A stretch of 64,000 bases of DNA from an uncultured Thermoanaerobaculia bacterium (GTDB lineage: Bacteria; Acidobacteriota; Thermoanaerobaculia; Thermoanaerobaculales; Sulfomarinibacteraceae). The notes beneath the pieces are model-generated. The model searched no databases, was not told where the DNA came from, and saw nothing but the letters and a program-made list of their open reading frames with translations. Of this stretch, positions 1 through 9,588 are shown piece after piece. Position numbers and translations under genes: made by a program. The DNA is taken from NCBI GenBank assembly GCA_964440565.1, contig CAYTTB010000004.1, forward strand, positions 33,260-97,259, written 5' to 3'. How positions within the stretch are numbered: the first letter of the stretch is position 1; each line of letters starts with the position of its first letter.

Positions 1-1058
1 GGACCCTGTCGGCATACGCCGAGCGGGTGATGGGCGGCAACTACCTCGACTTCGACATCGACCGTGAGGCGGCGGCCCGGTACGGGCTCACCGTGGGCGA
101 CGTCCAGGACGTGATCATGTCGGCCATCGGCGGCATGAACGTGTCGTGGACCGTGGAGGGGCTGGAGCGGTACCCGATCAACGTCCGCTACCCGCGGGAG
201 CTCCGGGACAACCTGCAGGCGCTGGCCGACACGCTGATCCCCACGCCCACGGGGGCCCAGATCCCGATCTCGCAGGTGGCCACCATCCGGATCCACCAGG
301 GTCCGCCCTCCATCAAGTCCGAGAACGCGCGGCCCAACGCCTGGGTGTACGTGGACCTCCGTGACATCGACGTGGGCACCTGGGTGGAGCGGGCCAAGAA
401 GGAGGTGGCCAAGCGGGTGAAGCTGCCGCCGGGCTACACCATCTTCTGGTCCGGGCAGTACGAGTACATGCAGCGCGCGAAGCAGCGCCTGATGATCATC
501 GTGCCCATCACGCTGTTCCTGGTCTTCCTGATCCTCTACATCAACACGAGGTCGCTCACCAAGACCGCCATCGTGCTCCTCGCGATCCCGTTCTCGGCGG
601 TGGGCGCCGTGTGGCTGCTGTACCTGCTCGGCTACAACTGGTCCATCGCGGTCTGGGTCGGTCTCATCGCGCTCGCCGGGCTCGACGCGGAGACCGGCGT
701 GGTGATGCTTCTCTACCTCGACATCGCCTACGAGACATGGAAGCGAAAGGGCCGGATGGCCACCTATGCCGATCTCGTCGAGGCGGTGGACCACGGGGCC
801 GTCCAGCGCATCCGGCCGAAGATGATGACCGTCGCCGCGATCCTGTTCTCGCTGGTCCCGATCCTGTGGGCCACCGGTACCGGCGCCGACGTGATGCGCC
901 GGATCGCGGCCCCGATGGTGGGAGGTGTGGTCACCTCCTTCTTCGGCGAGCTGATCGTCTACCCGTCCATCTACTTCATCTGGCGCTCGCTGGGGCTCGA
1001 GAAGGGACCGCTGTTCCCCTCGGGCGGCCAGGACGCACCCGAACCCGAGGCAGCGTGA
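1..1058 (+). CDS. cusA: CusA/CzcA-family heavy-metal efflux RND permease, C-terminal fragment (gene begins upstream of window)
   Basis: ORF 27..1058 runs open to the window edge. The translation (YLDFDIDREAAARYGLTVGDVQDVI...RPKMMTVAAILFSLVPILWATGTGADVMRRIAAPMVGGVVTSFFGELIVYPSIYFIW) is typical of the C-terminal periplasmic/TM part of CusA/CzcA RND pumps. Confidence 0.9.
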   Translation, partial: TLSAYAERVMGGNYLDFDIDREAAARYGLTVGDVQDVIMSAIGGMNVSWTVEGLERYPINVRYPRELRDNLQALADTLIPTPTGAQIPISQVATIRIHQGPPSIKSENARPNAWVYVDLRDIDVGTWVERAKKEVAKRVKLPPGYTIFWSGQYEYMQRAKQRLMIIVPITLFLVFLILYINTRSLTKTAIVLLAIPFSAVGAVWLLYLLGYNWSIAVWVGLIALAGLDAETGVVMLLYLDIAYETWKRKGRMATYADLVEAVDHGAVQRIRPKMMTVAAILFSLVPILWATGTGADVMRRIAAPMVGGVVTSFFGELIVYPSIYFIWRSLGLEKGPLFPSGGQDAPEPEAA

Positions 1059-1068
1059 AGGAGGTACC

Positions 1069-1413
1069 ATGAAGCTGCTCAAGGCGTTCATCCGCACCAC
1101 CAAGGTGGACGACGTGGTCCGGGCGCTCCGGGAGGCCGGGGCTCCGGGGATCACGGTGTCGCGCGTCCACGGCGTGGGCTACGGCTACGAGCCGATGCTG
1201 TTCCACCTCGCTCCGAGCGAGATCCGCACGGCTCCCGAGGTCGCCAAGGTCGAGGTCGTCTGCGACGACCAGTGCGTGGACGTCCTGCTCACGGCACTGC
1301 TCCAGGCCGCCCACACCGGGTACGCCGGCGACGGAATCGTCTTCGTCACGCCGGTGGAGCGGGCCATCAAGATCCGAACCGGGGACGAGGCTCCCCAGGC
1401 ACTTCGGAAATGA
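1069..1413 (+). CDS. P-II (GlnB-like) family small signal protein, metal-efflux associated
   Basis: 114 aa, MKLLKAFIR...GITVSRVHGVG...GDGIVFVTPVERAIKIRTGD matches the P-II fold pattern. GAAGGAGG RBS lies 4-11 nt upstream. The gene is 10 nt after the cusA stop. Confidence 0.75.
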   Translation: MKLLKAFIRTTKVDDVVRALREAGAPGITVSRVHGVGYGYEPMLFHLAPSEIRTAPEVAKVEVVCDDQCVDVLLTALLQAAHTGYAGDGIVFVTPVERAIKIRTGDEAPQALRK

Positions 1414-1433
1414 CTAAAATAGGGAGGTCGAAC

Positions 1434-1955
1434 ATGAGAAGACACACTGTCATGACCACCGTCGCCGTTCTGGCGCTGGTCGCCGCCGCCGCCGTCCCGG
1501 CGGCCGCCAGGGAGACCGGCACGCGCGGCTCGGCGTTCGCGCGGATCCTGCCCCACTACGAGGCGATCCACCAGGCGCTGGCGAGCGACACCCTCGAGGG
1601 GGTCGCGGAGCACGCCCGCGCCATCCGGAGGATCGCCGCGCGCACCGCCAAGGCGTTCAGCCCGCAGCGGGCCGGGGTGGCCGCGGATCGTGGGCAGGAG
1701 TGCCGGTCGCTGCTGCCCGACGTGGAGCGCGCCGCCGACCGTCTGGCCAAGGCCAGGACGCTCGAGGCCGCACGGGAGGCGTTCGGCGATCTCTCCCGTC
1801 CCCTGGTCCGGTACCGGGAGATGGCCACCGGCGAGCGTCCGTACGTCGTCTACTGCCCCATGGCGAAGAAGCCGTGGCTCCAGGAGTCGAGGCAGATCGC
1901 CAACCCGTACTTCGGCTCCAAGATGCCGAAGTGCGGCCAGATCGTATCCGAATGA
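1434..1955 (+). CDS. DUF3347-like periplasmic protein (heavy-metal cluster associated)
   Basis: Internal ATG at 1434 of ORF 1272..1955 is preceded by AGGGAGG. Signal peptide MRRHTVMTTVAVLALVAAAAVPAAA. C-terminal motif YVVYCPMAKKPWLQ...NPYFGSKMPKCG is typical of DUF3347. Confidence 0.7.
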   Translation: MRRHTVMTTVAVLALVAAAAVPAAARETGTRGSAFARILPHYEAIHQALASDTLEGVAEHARAIRRIAARTAKAFSPQRAGVAADRGQECRSLLPDVERAADRLAKARTLEAAREAFGDLSRPLVRYREMATGERPYVVYCPMAKKPWLQESRQIANPYFGSKMPKCGQIVSE

Positions 1956-1964
1956 CGGCCGGCG

Positions 1965-1996
1965 CACCCCGGGGAGGGGCTTCCCTCCCCGGGGTG
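1965..1996 (+). terminator. perfect 14-bp GC-rich stem-loop (CACCCCGGGGAGGG-GCTT-CCCTCCCCGGGGTG) 10 nt after the stop codon
   Basis: Arms checked base by base and are exact reverse complements. There is no T-tract, so only terminator-like. Confidence 0.5.
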
Positions 1997-2055
1997 TCCT
2001 CCGGCGTCCCGGCGTGTGGGCGCCGGGCGGCACGAGGATCCGAAAGGAGGATCCG

Positions 2056-2628
2056 ATGAGCCTACGACGTCTCGTGGTCACGGTCGGCATCGCGGCCGCG
2101 ATGCTGGGCGCGGCCCCCGTGACGGCCTCGGAGCCGGGCCGCTTCGAGCGCCTGTTCGCGCACTACAACTCGATCCGGCTGCAGCTGGCCCGGGACTCCC
2201 TCGAGGACGTCGCGTACCACGCGGAGAGGCTCGGTCTGCTCGCGGGGGAGCTGGCGCGCGAGGCGCGCCGCGCCCCGGGGGCACGCGGCCGCGCGGAGGA
2301 GGCGCAGCTCCGCGCCATCGCCGACGCGGCGAGGAAGGTGCAGTTCGCCACCGACCTCGCGGGCGCCCGGGCAGCGTTCGCCACCCTGTCGCGGGCCCTC
2401 CTCGAGTACCGCGGCGAGTCGGGGGTCGAGGACCCCGTCGTGGTCTTCTGTCCGCTGCACAACACCGTGTGGCTCCAGCGGTCGGGGGACGACATCCGCA
2501 ACCCGTACATGGGAGCCGATCGGGCTCGCTGCGGCGAGGTGCTCGAGCTCCGCAGGCCACGCTGGGCCCCCACCCGCCCCTCGCGCCTCTCGCCCAGCGA
2601 GGGGGCGCCACGGGAGGGAGGGAGGTGA
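2056..2628 (+). CDS. DUF3347-like periplasmic protein, paralog of 1434..1955
   Basis: ATG at 2056 after AAAGGAGG. Signal peptide MSLRRLVVTVGIAAAMLGAAPVTA. Same architecture as its neighbour (FERLFAHYNSIRLQLA...VVVFCPLHNTVWLQ...NPYMGADRARCG). Confidence 0.65.
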   Translation: MSLRRLVVTVGIAAAMLGAAPVTASEPGRFERLFAHYNSIRLQLARDSLEDVAYHAERLGLLAGELAREARRAPGARGRAEEAQLRAIADAARKVQFATDLAGARAAFATLSRALLEYRGESGVEDPVVVFCPLHNTVWLQRSGDDIRNPYMGADRARCGEVLELRRPRWAPTRPSRLSPSEGAPREGGR

Positions 2629-3488
2629 ACGTGTCGCGCCTGTCACTGTCAGCACGCGTGTCCCTCGCGGCCAGCGCCGCCGTGCTCGCGGTGGTGGCCG
2701 TGCACACCGTCCTCGTCCAGAGCAGCACCGCCGCCGAGGTGAGAGCCTGGGAACGCGAGGAGGTGGCCGGCGTGGCGCACCACGTCGCCCGGATGGTGGA
2801 CGGCATGCCCCCGCAGGCGGCCGCGCGTGCGGTGGCCCGGGCGTCGGAGGGCCTCGCGCCCTTCGGCATCGAGCTCGCCTTCTCCCCCACCGACGGGCGA
2901 CCGGCCGGACGAGCGGTGAGCGTCCCGGTGGCGGGGGGCACGGGGTTCGTGGTCGCGAGGGCGAGCGATGACCTGTCGGCGACGCTCCGCCGCCGGTTGG
3001 TCCGGTCCTCCGTCCTCCTGGCGGCGGGCCTGCTCGCCGCGCTCCTCGCCGCCATCCAGGCGTCGGTCCGCTGGGGTCTGGTGCGGCCTCTCCGGAGCCT
3101 GGAGCGCCAGCTCCGGCTCATGGCCCACGGACCCTGGAGCGTACCCGGCAAGGTGACGGGGGCGCCCGAGATCGAGAGGCTGGCGCACAGGATCCAGGGG
3201 CTCGGCGCATCGCTGGAGCGAAGCGTGACCGCCTGGGTGGGCGCCGAACGCCGCGCGGCCGCCGAGTGCGCGCGGATCGAGCTTCGCCGCCGCGTCTCGC
3301 CGACCGTGCGCGAGATCAACCTCGCCGCGAGCGCGCTCCTCGCCACGCGCGCCCTTCAGCCCGGTGCGACCAGGGCGCTCCGGCGGCTGCTCGCCGCGCT
3401 GGACACGTTGCGGACCGCGCTCGACGAGCCGCTGGCGGCGGCTCCCACGAGCCCGGACACCGCACGAACGACGGAGGTCCCCTCATGA
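2625..3488 (+). CDS. membrane protein with HAMP-like linker, no kinase domain recognised
   Basis: GTG at 2625 overlaps the previous stop (GTGA). N-terminal TM (VSLAASAAVLAVVAV) and a second TM followed by a HAMP-like segment (VRWGLVRPLRSLERQLRLMAHG...EIERLAHRIQGLGASL). Confidence 0.5.
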   Translation: MNVSRLSLSARVSLAASAAVLAVVAVHTVLVQSSTAAEVRAWEREEVAGVAHHVARMVDGMPPQAAARAVARASEGLAPFGIELAFSPTDGRPAGRAVSVPVAGGTGFVVARASDDLSATLRRRLVRSSVLLAAGLLAALLAAIQASVRWGLVRPLRSLERQLRLMAHGPWSVPGKVTGAPEIERLAHRIQGLGASLERSVTAWVGAERRAAAECARIELRRRVSPTVREINLAASALLATRALQPGATRALRRLLAALDTLRTALDEPLAAAPTSPDTARTTEVPS

Positions 3489-3558
3489 GAACGCCGAGGA
3501 CGATGGGCCCCCCGGCCGCATCGGAGCCGGCGGGCGTGCCCGCGCCGGGAGGGACCGC

Positions 3559-4716
3559 ATGAGCTCCGCAGTCACCCGGACATTGCACGTGGTGGGCGCC
3601 GGCCCGGCCGGGCTCGCCGCGGCCATCACCGCCGCACGGGCGGGAGCCCGGGTCGTGGTCCACGAGGCGGCGGACAGGGTCGGGCACCGGTTCTCCGGCG
3701 ACTTCCAGGGGCTCGAGAACTGGACGTCGGCCACCGACGTGCTCGAGGTCCTCCGCTCCGCCGGGATCGTGGGCACGTTCGACCACGTCCCGTGCCGGGC
3801 GGTCACCGTCTGGGATCCGTTCGGACGGGAGCACACGATTCGCTCGGAGCTCCCTCTCTACTACCTGGTCCGGCGCGGCCCGGACCCCGGGACGCTGGAC
3901 AGCGGCCTCCTCCGGCAGGCGCGCGCCCTGGGCGTCGAGGTGCGCTTCGGGGAGCGCGTGGACCACCTGCCCGAAGGCGGCATCGTGGCCACCGGACCGC
4001 GGGCCGTCGACGCAGTGGCGGTGGGCTACGTGTTCGAGACCGACGCCTCCGACGGCTCGTGGGCCGTCATCGACCCCGAGCTCGCACCCGGCGGCTACGC
4101 CTACCTCCTCGTCCAGGGTGGACGTGCGACCCTGGCCACCTGCATGTTCGCCGACTTCCACCGCGAGCGGGAGCTCCTCGAACGCACCGCGGCCTTCTTC
4201 GCCTCGCGCACGGGGATCGAGCCGCGACGCGCCCGGAAATTCTCCGGTTTCGGGAACTTCGAGCTGCCCGCGAGTGCCCGCCGCGGGAGCCTGCTGCTCG
4301 TCGGCGAGGCCGCCGGATTCCAGGACACCCTCTGGGGGTTCGGCCTCCGCTACGCCATGCTCTCGGGCTGGCTCGCCGCCCGCGCCGCCGTCCGCGGCCG
4401 GCCCGAGGAGTACGACGTCGCGTGGCGCCGCCGGTTCGCCGGGGCGATGCGCGCGGCGGCCGTGAACCGGTACCTGTACGAGCGGGCGGGCCCACGCGCC
4501 CTGGGGTGGTTCCTACGGCGCGGCGTCGCGGCCCGCGACCCGAGAGGATGGATGCGCCGCCACTACGCGCCCTCCCTCTGGAAGACCGCGCTGTACCCCG
4601 TGGTGGGCCGCAACGTCGCGAGCCGCAGGCGACACCGGGAATGCGCGAGGCCCGGTTGTGACTGCACATGGTGCAGGTGTCAGGCACACGGCGGGGCGCC
4701 GGTACGGGAGGCGTGA
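3559..4716 (+). CDS. FAD-dependent oxidoreductase (geranylgeranyl-reductase-like) with Cys-rich C-terminal tail
   Basis: Internal ATG of ORF 3364..4716. Dinucleotide-binding motif VVGAGPAGLAAAITAARAGARVVVHE. Later LLVGEAAGFQD. Tail ends RECARPGCDCTWCRCQAHG. Confidence 0.75.
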   Translation: MSSAVTRTLHVVGAGPAGLAAAITAARAGARVVVHEAADRVGHRFSGDFQGLENWTSATDVLEVLRSAGIVGTFDHVPCRAVTVWDPFGREHTIRSELPLYYLVRRGPDPGTLDSGLLRQARALGVEVRFGERVDHLPEGGIVATGPRAVDAVAVGYVFETDASDGSWAVIDPELAPGGYAYLLVQGGRATLATCMFADFHRERELLERTAAFFASRTGIEPRRARKFSGFGNFELPASARRGSLLLVGEAAGFQDTLWGFGLRYAMLSGWLAARAAVRGRPEEYDVAWRRRFAGAMRAAAVNRYLYERAGPRALGWFLRRGVAARDPRGWMRRHYAPSLWKTALYPVVGRNVASRRRHRECARPGCDCTWCRCQAHGGAPVREA

Positions 4717-4856
4717 TGCCTCGCCGGAATCCGCACCCCGCGAGGAAGACGAGCCGGCCGGGCCGGCGGGGCATCGTGCCCCGTCACCTCGGGCCGGGAG
4801 GACGAGATCGCCGGGACCGGTGGACCGGCCCGGCACGAACCGACGGGAGGTGACCG

Positions 4857-5414
4857 ATGAGAGCACGAGGGATTCGCACGATCGGATGGACCGTGGCACT
4901 GATGGGCCTGCTCGCCACACCCGTGGCGATGGCCCAGCACCAGCACGGCGACACGGCCAAGGCGGCCGCGGAAACGACGGCGAAGAAGGGGTGCCCGGGC
5001 CACGCCGCGAAGGCCGGCGAGGAGGGCGACACGGCCATGGGCTGCAAGGCCATGATGGCCAAGAAGAAGGAGATGATGGCCAAGCTGAAGGCCATGGACG
5101 CCACCCTCGAGCAGCTGGTGCAGCGCATGAAGAGCGCCACCGGCAACGACAAGATCGCTGCCATGGAGGCGGTGCTCGAGGAGCTCGTGGCCCAGCGCAC
5201 CACCATGCGCCAGATGATGATGCAGATGCAGAAGGGCATGATGCAGCACATGATGCAGCACATGAAGAAGATGAAGATGATGAAGATGGGGATGGAGGGC
5301 GCCGAGGAGGGCTCCAGGGGCTGCCCGATGATGCAGAAGAAGAAGCACCAGGAGAGCTCCGAGCAGGCCCCGGAGGGGTCGGACGGCGGCTCCCACTCGA
5401 TGATGCAGCACTGA
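4857..5414 (+). CDS. secreted Met/His-rich protein, putative Cu(I)-binding
   Basis: GGGAGG RBS. Signal peptide ending PVAMA-QHQHGD. Long Met/His/Lys stretch MRQMMMQMQKGMMQHMMQHMKKMKMMKMGMEG. Lies directly upstream of the copper ATPase. Confidence 0.7.
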   Translation: MRARGIRTIGWTVALMGLLATPVAMAQHQHGDTAKAAAETTAKKGCPGHAAKAGEEGDTAMGCKAMMAKKKEMMAKLKAMDATLEQLVQRMKSATGNDKIAAMEAVLEELVAQRTTMRQMMMQMQKGMMQHMMQHMKKMKMMKMGMEGAEEGSRGCPMMQKKKHQESSEQAPEGSDGGSHSMMQH

Positions 5415-5493
5415 GAACCGGGGACGGGCGTGGCCGGGCGCCCGTGGCGGTGCCCGGCCCGCCGGTTCCCTCCACGTAGGGAGGGGCGGAGCG

Positions 5494-5709
5494 ATGCACG
5501 GGTTCATGGGAGATGGTCTCTGGATGGGGATGATGTGGTTCTGGCCACTTCTCCTCGTCGCCGTCGTCGTGGCGGTCCTCTGGGCCGTGCTGCGCGGCAG
5601 CCGGCGCGAGGAACAGGAGCGGCCGGAGGAGATCCTCAAGCGCCGGTACGCCCGCGGCGAGATCGACGAGGAGGAGTACCGGCGAAAGATGGACGAGCTC
5701 CGGCGCTGA
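5494..5709 (+). CDS. SHOCT-domain small membrane protein
   Basis: 71 aa. One TM (WMGMMWFWPLLLVAVVVAVLWAVL) followed by a SHOCT-type motif ILKRRYARGEIDEEEYRRKMDEL. GGGAGGGG RBS upstream. Confidence 0.7.
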   Translation: MHGFMGDGLWMGMMWFWPLLLVAVVVAVLWAVLRGSRREEQERPEEILKRRYARGEIDEEEYRRKMDELRR

Positions 5710-5739
5710 CCGCAGCCCGGGAGAGAGGAGGAGCGCACG

Positions 5740-8277
5740 ATGCACGAGCACGATCATGACGGGGGAACCGGCGAGGCGTCCGGGACGGGTCCGGTGAAGG
5801 ACCCGGTCTGCGGGATGACGGTGGATCCGGCGAGTGCCGAGCACCGGCTCGAGCACGCCGGGGTGGAATACGTCTTCTGCTCCGCGCGGTGCCGGGACCG
5901 GTTCGCGGCCGAGCCCGAGCGGTGGGCCGGAGCGGCCGGAGGAGGGCACGACGCCCACGACCGCGTCGGTCGGGACGCTCACGATCACGCAGGGGCCGGA
6001 GCGCACACGTGCTGCCGCACCGCGCCCCCCCCGCCGGCCCCTCCAGCCGGAGCGGGTACCGAGTACACCTGCCCCATGCACCCGGAGGTCCGCGAGCCCG
6101 AGCCGGGCAGCTGCCCGAAGTGCGGCATGGCGCTCGAGCCGGTCCGGCCGGTGGTCTCAGCCGAGAAGGTCGAGTACACCTGCCCCATGCATCCCGAGAT
6201 CGTCCAGGACGAGCCCGGGAGCTGCCCCATCTGCGGGATGGCCCTCGAGCCGCGGACGGTGAGCGCCGAGGACGAGGAGAGCGCCGAGCTCAAGGACATG
6301 CAACGGAGGTTCTGGGTGAGCGCGATCCTCACCCTCCCCGTGTTCGTCATGGCCATGGCCGAGTACATCCCCGGCGTGAGCTTCGGGATCCCGCGCCACA
6401 CCGTGACCCTCATCGAGCTGATCCTGGCCACCCCGGTGGTGCTCTGGGGCGGGTGGCCGTTCTTCGTCCGCGGCTGGCAGTCGGTGGTGAACCGGTCGCT
6501 CAACATGTTCACGCTGATCGGGCTCGGCGTGGGCGTGGCCTACGTGTACAGCGTCGTGGCCGCGCTGCTTCCCGGCATCTTCCCGGACTCGTTCCGAGAC
6601 GCCGAGGGGAACGTGGCGGTCTACTTCGAGGCCGCGGCGGTGATCGTCACGCTGGTGCTGCTCGGCCAGGTGCTGGAGCTCAGGGCGCGCAGCCAGACCG
6701 GCGCGGCCATCCGGGCCCTGCTCGGGCTCGCGCCCAAGACCGCCCGGCGGATCAACGAGGACGGCAGCGAGGAGGACGTCCCCCTGGACCAGGTGAAGGT
6801 CGGTGACCGTCTCCGCGTCCGTCCGGGCGAGAAGATCCCGGTGGACGGCACCGTGCTCGAGGGGACGAGCTCGGTGGACGAGTCCATGATCACGGGCGAG
6901 CCCATCCCGGTGTCGAAGAAGCCGGGAGACCGGGTGATCGGGGCGACCCTCAACCGTACCGGCGCGCTGGTCATCCGCGCCGAGAAGGTGGGGGCCGACA
7001 CCCTGCTCTCGCAGATCGTGCAGATGGTCGCCGAGGCGCAGCGCTCGCGCGCCCCGATCCAGAAGCTCGCGGACGTGGTGGCCGGGTACTTCGTACCCGC
7101 CGTCGTCGGGATCGCGGTCCTCACCTTCGTGGTGTGGGCGCTGTGGGGGCCGGAGCCGAGGATGGCCCACGCGCTGATCAACGCCGTTGCCGTCCTCATC
7201 ATCGCGTGTCCGTGCGCCCTCGGCCTCGCCACGCCGATGTCCATCATGGTGGCCACCGGCAAGGGAGCCACCGTGGGCGTGCTGTTCAAGAACGCCGAGG
7301 CCATCGAGGTCATGCGCAAGGTGGACACGCTGGTGGTGGACAAGACGGGCACCCTCACCGAAGGCAGGCCCAGCCTCCAGGCGGTCCGCGCCGTGGGGGA
7401 GATGAACGAGAACGAGCTGCTCCGTCTCGTGGCCAGCCTCGAGAGGAGTAGCGAGCACCCCCTGGCGGAGGCCATCGTGGCCGGCGCCACGGAGCGCGGC
7501 CTCGAGCTCGAGGAACCGGAGTCGTTCGACTCCATCACCGGCAAGGGCGTGGTGGGCCGCGTGGCGGGTCACGAGGTCGCCGTGGGCAACACCGCCCTCA
7601 TGGAGCAGGTGGGCGCCGACACCGCCCCGCTGGCGGATGCCGCCGAGGCGATGCGCCGCGAGGGTCAGACGGCGATGCTCGTGGCGATCGACGGCAGGGC
7701 GGCCGGCCTGGTGGCGGTGGCCGACCCGATCAAGGCCTCCACCCCGGAGGCGATCGAGGCCCTGCACCGCGAGAAGATGCGGGTGGTGATGCTCACCGGC
7801 GACAGCCGCACCACCGCCGAGGCGGTGGCCCGGAAGCTGGGCATCGACGACGTCATCGCCGAGGTGCTCCCCGACCAGAAGGCCGAGGTGGTGAAGCGGC
7901 TCCAGGCCGAGGGCCGGATCGTGGCGATGGCGGGTGACGGGATCAACGACGCCCCGGCGCTCGCGCAGGCCCACGTGGGGATCGCCATGGGCACGGGCAC
8001 CGACATCGCCATGGAGTCGGCCGGGGTCACCCTCGTCAAGGGAGACCTGCGCGGCATCGTCCGCGCGAGACGCCTCTCCCGCGCCACCATGCGCAACATC
8101 AAGCAGAACCTGTTCTGGGCCTTCGCCTACAACTCGCTGGGCGTGCCCCTCGCCGCGGGCGTTCTCTACCCGTTCTTCGGGTTACTGCTCAGCCCCATCA
8201 TCGCCGCGGCCGCGATGAGCTTCAGCTCCGTGTCCGTGGTGGCCAACGCACTGCGCCTCAAGCGCGTGCGGATCTGA
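5740..8277 (+). CDS. copA: copper-translocating P1B-type ATPase with N-terminal YHS/TRASH domain and two CPMHPE-type metal-binding modules
   Basis: 845 aa. Carries [10 protein letters not shown]...YVFCSARC (YHS/TRASH), 2x YTCPMHPE...GSCP.CGMALE, the TM CPC motif [13 protein letters not shown], the DKTGTLT phosphorylation site and the [10 protein letters not shown] hinge. Confidence 0.95.
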   Translation: MHEHDHDGGTGEASGTGPVKDPVCGMTVDPASAEHRLEHAGVEYVFCSARCRDRFAAEPERWAGAAGGGHDAHDRVGRDAHDHAGAGAHTCCRTAPPPPAPPAGAGTEYTCPMHPEVREPEPGSCPKCGMALEPVRPVVSAEKVEYTCPMHPEIVQDEPGSCPICGMALEPRTVSAEDEESAELKDMQRRFWVSAILTLPVFVMAMAEYIPGVSFGIPRHTVTLIELILATPVVLWGGWPFFVRGWQSVVNRSLNMFTLIGLGVGVAYVYSVVAALLPGIFPDSFRDAEGNVAVYFEAAAVIVTLVLLGQVLELRARSQTGAAIRALLGLAPKTARRINEDGSEEDVPLDQVKVGDRLRVRPGEKIPVDGTVLEGTSSVDESMITGEPIPVSKKPGDRVIGATLNRTGALVIRAEKVGADTLLSQIVQMVAEAQRSRAPIQKLADVVAGYFVPAVVGIAVLTFVVWALWGPEPRMAHALINAVAVLIIACPCALGLATPMSIMVATGKGATVGVLFKNAEAIEVMRKVDTLVVDKTGTLTEGRPSLQAVRAVGEMNENELLRLVASLERSSEHPLAEAIVAGATERGLELEEPESFDSITGKGVVGRVAGHEVAVGNTALMEQVGADTAPLADAAEAMRREGQTAMLVAIDGRAAGLVAVADPIKASTPEAIEALHREKMRVVMLTGDSRTTAEAVARKLGIDDVIAEVLPDQKAEVVKRLQAEGRIVAMAGDGINDAPALAQAHVGIAMGTGTDIAMESAGVTLVKGDLRGIVRARRLSRATMRNIKQNLFWAFAYNSLGVPLAAGVLYPFFGLLLSPIIAAAAMSFSSVSVVANALRLKRVRI

Positions 8278-8290
8278 GGGGAGACCACCC

Positions 8291-8494
8291 ATGGCCATGT
8301 CGATCGACCCCGTGTGCGCGATGGCGGTGGAGCCCGAGGCCGGGTTCTCGGTCCGGTACCGCGGCGTGGAGTACCGGTTCTGCTCCACGATGTGCCGCGA
8401 GGCCTTCACCGAGCGGCCGGGACGTTACCTGAAGGGGGGCGAGATCCTCCGCGGCTCCGGGGACGACCCCGTGGTGGAGGTGCTCGATGAATGA
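8291..8494 (+). CDS. YHS-domain protein
   Basis: 67 aa, DPVCAMAVEPEAGFSVRYRGVEYRFCSTMCREAF. Starts 14 nt after the copA stop. Confidence 0.8.
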   Translation: MAMSIDPVCAMAVEPEAGFSVRYRGVEYRFCSTMCREAFTERPGRYLKGGEILRGSGDDPVVEVLDE

Positions 8495-9557
8495 GACCCT
8501 CTCCACCCTGACCGCCCTGCCCAACCTCCACCCGGCCGTGGTGCACTTCCCCATCGCGCTGGCCGTGGTGGCGGCGGCCGCGGCCGTGGCCACCCTGGTC
8601 ACGCCCCGCCGCTGGCTGGACCGTACCGCCGCGGCCCTCGCGGGCCTGGCCGCGGCGGGCGCGTGGGCCGCCTGGCTCGCCGGTCGCGCCGCCGCCGACT
8701 CCGTGGGCCAGCTCGCGCCCGCGGCCGAGGCGACACTGGCCGATCACGCCGACCTCGCCCTGTGGGCCGCTGTCGCGCTCACCGCGGCGGCCGCAGGCTG
8801 GACACTGGCGGCGTGGCGCGACCGCACCTCCGCACGTCCCCGACGGGGGATCCTCCGGCTCGCCTCCGTGGCGCTGACCGTGCTCGCGGCGGGCCTGGTC
8901 GCCCGCACCGCGGATCTCGGCGGGGCGCTGGTCTACCGTCACGGCGTGGCCGTCGCGGCGCCCACACCGGCACCGACGCCCTCGCCCGCGCCGGACCCGG
9001 CGCGACGCCTCGAGCGACGAGACGACGGCACCCTCCGGTGGCGCCCCGCGCCCGGCGACGGCGCCGCGCTGGGCGCGGCGGTGCGCGTGCTCGGGCCTCC
9101 GGGGACGATCCGCGCCGTGGAGGGCGAGGGCCCCGGCCTCACGCTCGCGGTGGACGGCGCCGCGGCGCTCTGTCTCCCCGGCGAGGCCGCGGGAGGCGTC
9201 GTCGAGGCCCTGGTCGAGCCGCTCGCGTTCCGGGGACGTCTCGGTCCGGCGATGCGGCTCGCGGGCCCGGCCACGGCGGTCGCGTTCGAGCTCGGCCCGG
9301 AGGGGGAGGCCGCCCTCGTGCGGCTTTCGGGCAGCGAGAGGAAGGTCTGGGACACAGCACGCGTGCGCCCCAGGGGTGAGCCCGTGCGCCTCGCCCTCTC
9401 GGTCGCCGGTCGTCACCTGAAGGGGTTCGTGGACGGGCAGATGGCGGTGCACGGGCACGGTGACCCTGGCCCCCCGGGGTGCGCGGGCCTCGTGCTCGAG
9501 GGGACCGGGACGGTCCGGCTGCTGGAGCTCGTGCTGCGGCCGGGCTCGGCCCACTGA
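8487..9557 (+). CDS. DUF2231-like membrane protein with C-terminal extracytoplasmic jelly-roll-like (DUF1080/LamG-like) region
   Basis: N-terminus LHPAVVHFPIALAVVAAA plus further TMs and ...LGGALVYRHGVAV (DUF2231 pattern). Pro-rich linker, then a beta-rich C-terminus ending LVLEGTGTVRLLELVLRP. Overlaps the YHS gene by 8 nt. Confidence 0.5.
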   Translation: MNETLSTLTALPNLHPAVVHFPIALAVVAAAAAVATLVTPRRWLDRTAAALAGLAAAGAWAAWLAGRAAADSVGQLAPAAEATLADHADLALWAAVALTAAAAGWTLAAWRDRTSARPRRGILRLASVALTVLAAGLVARTADLGGALVYRHGVAVAAPTPAPTPSPAPDPARRLERRDDGTLRWRPAPGDGAALGAAVRVLGPPGTIRAVEGEGPGLTLAVDGAAALCLPGEAAGGVVEALVEPLAFRGRLGPAMRLAGPATAVAFELGPEGEAALVRLSGSERKVWDTARVRPRGEPVRLALSVAGRHLKGFVDGQMAVHGHGDPGPPGCAGLVLEGTGTVRLLELVLRPGSAH

Positions 9558-9588
9558 CCCGGCGCCGGGCCGGGAAGGGAGCGTGGAC

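Noticed and set aside
5415-5468. Possible terminator structure after the Met-rich protein gene (GAACCGG ... CCGGTTC with inner GC palindromes)
   Set aside because: Only a 7-bp outer stem with an imperfect, ambiguous interior. The downstream CCCTCC/GGGAGG pairing involves the SHOCT RBS. Too uncertain to call.
5430-5759. 109-aa ORF overlapping the SHOCT gene in another frame
   Set aside because: Arg-rich composition and no RBS. The overlapping 71-aa frame has a TM helix plus a recognisable SHOCT motif and a GGGAGGGG RBS.
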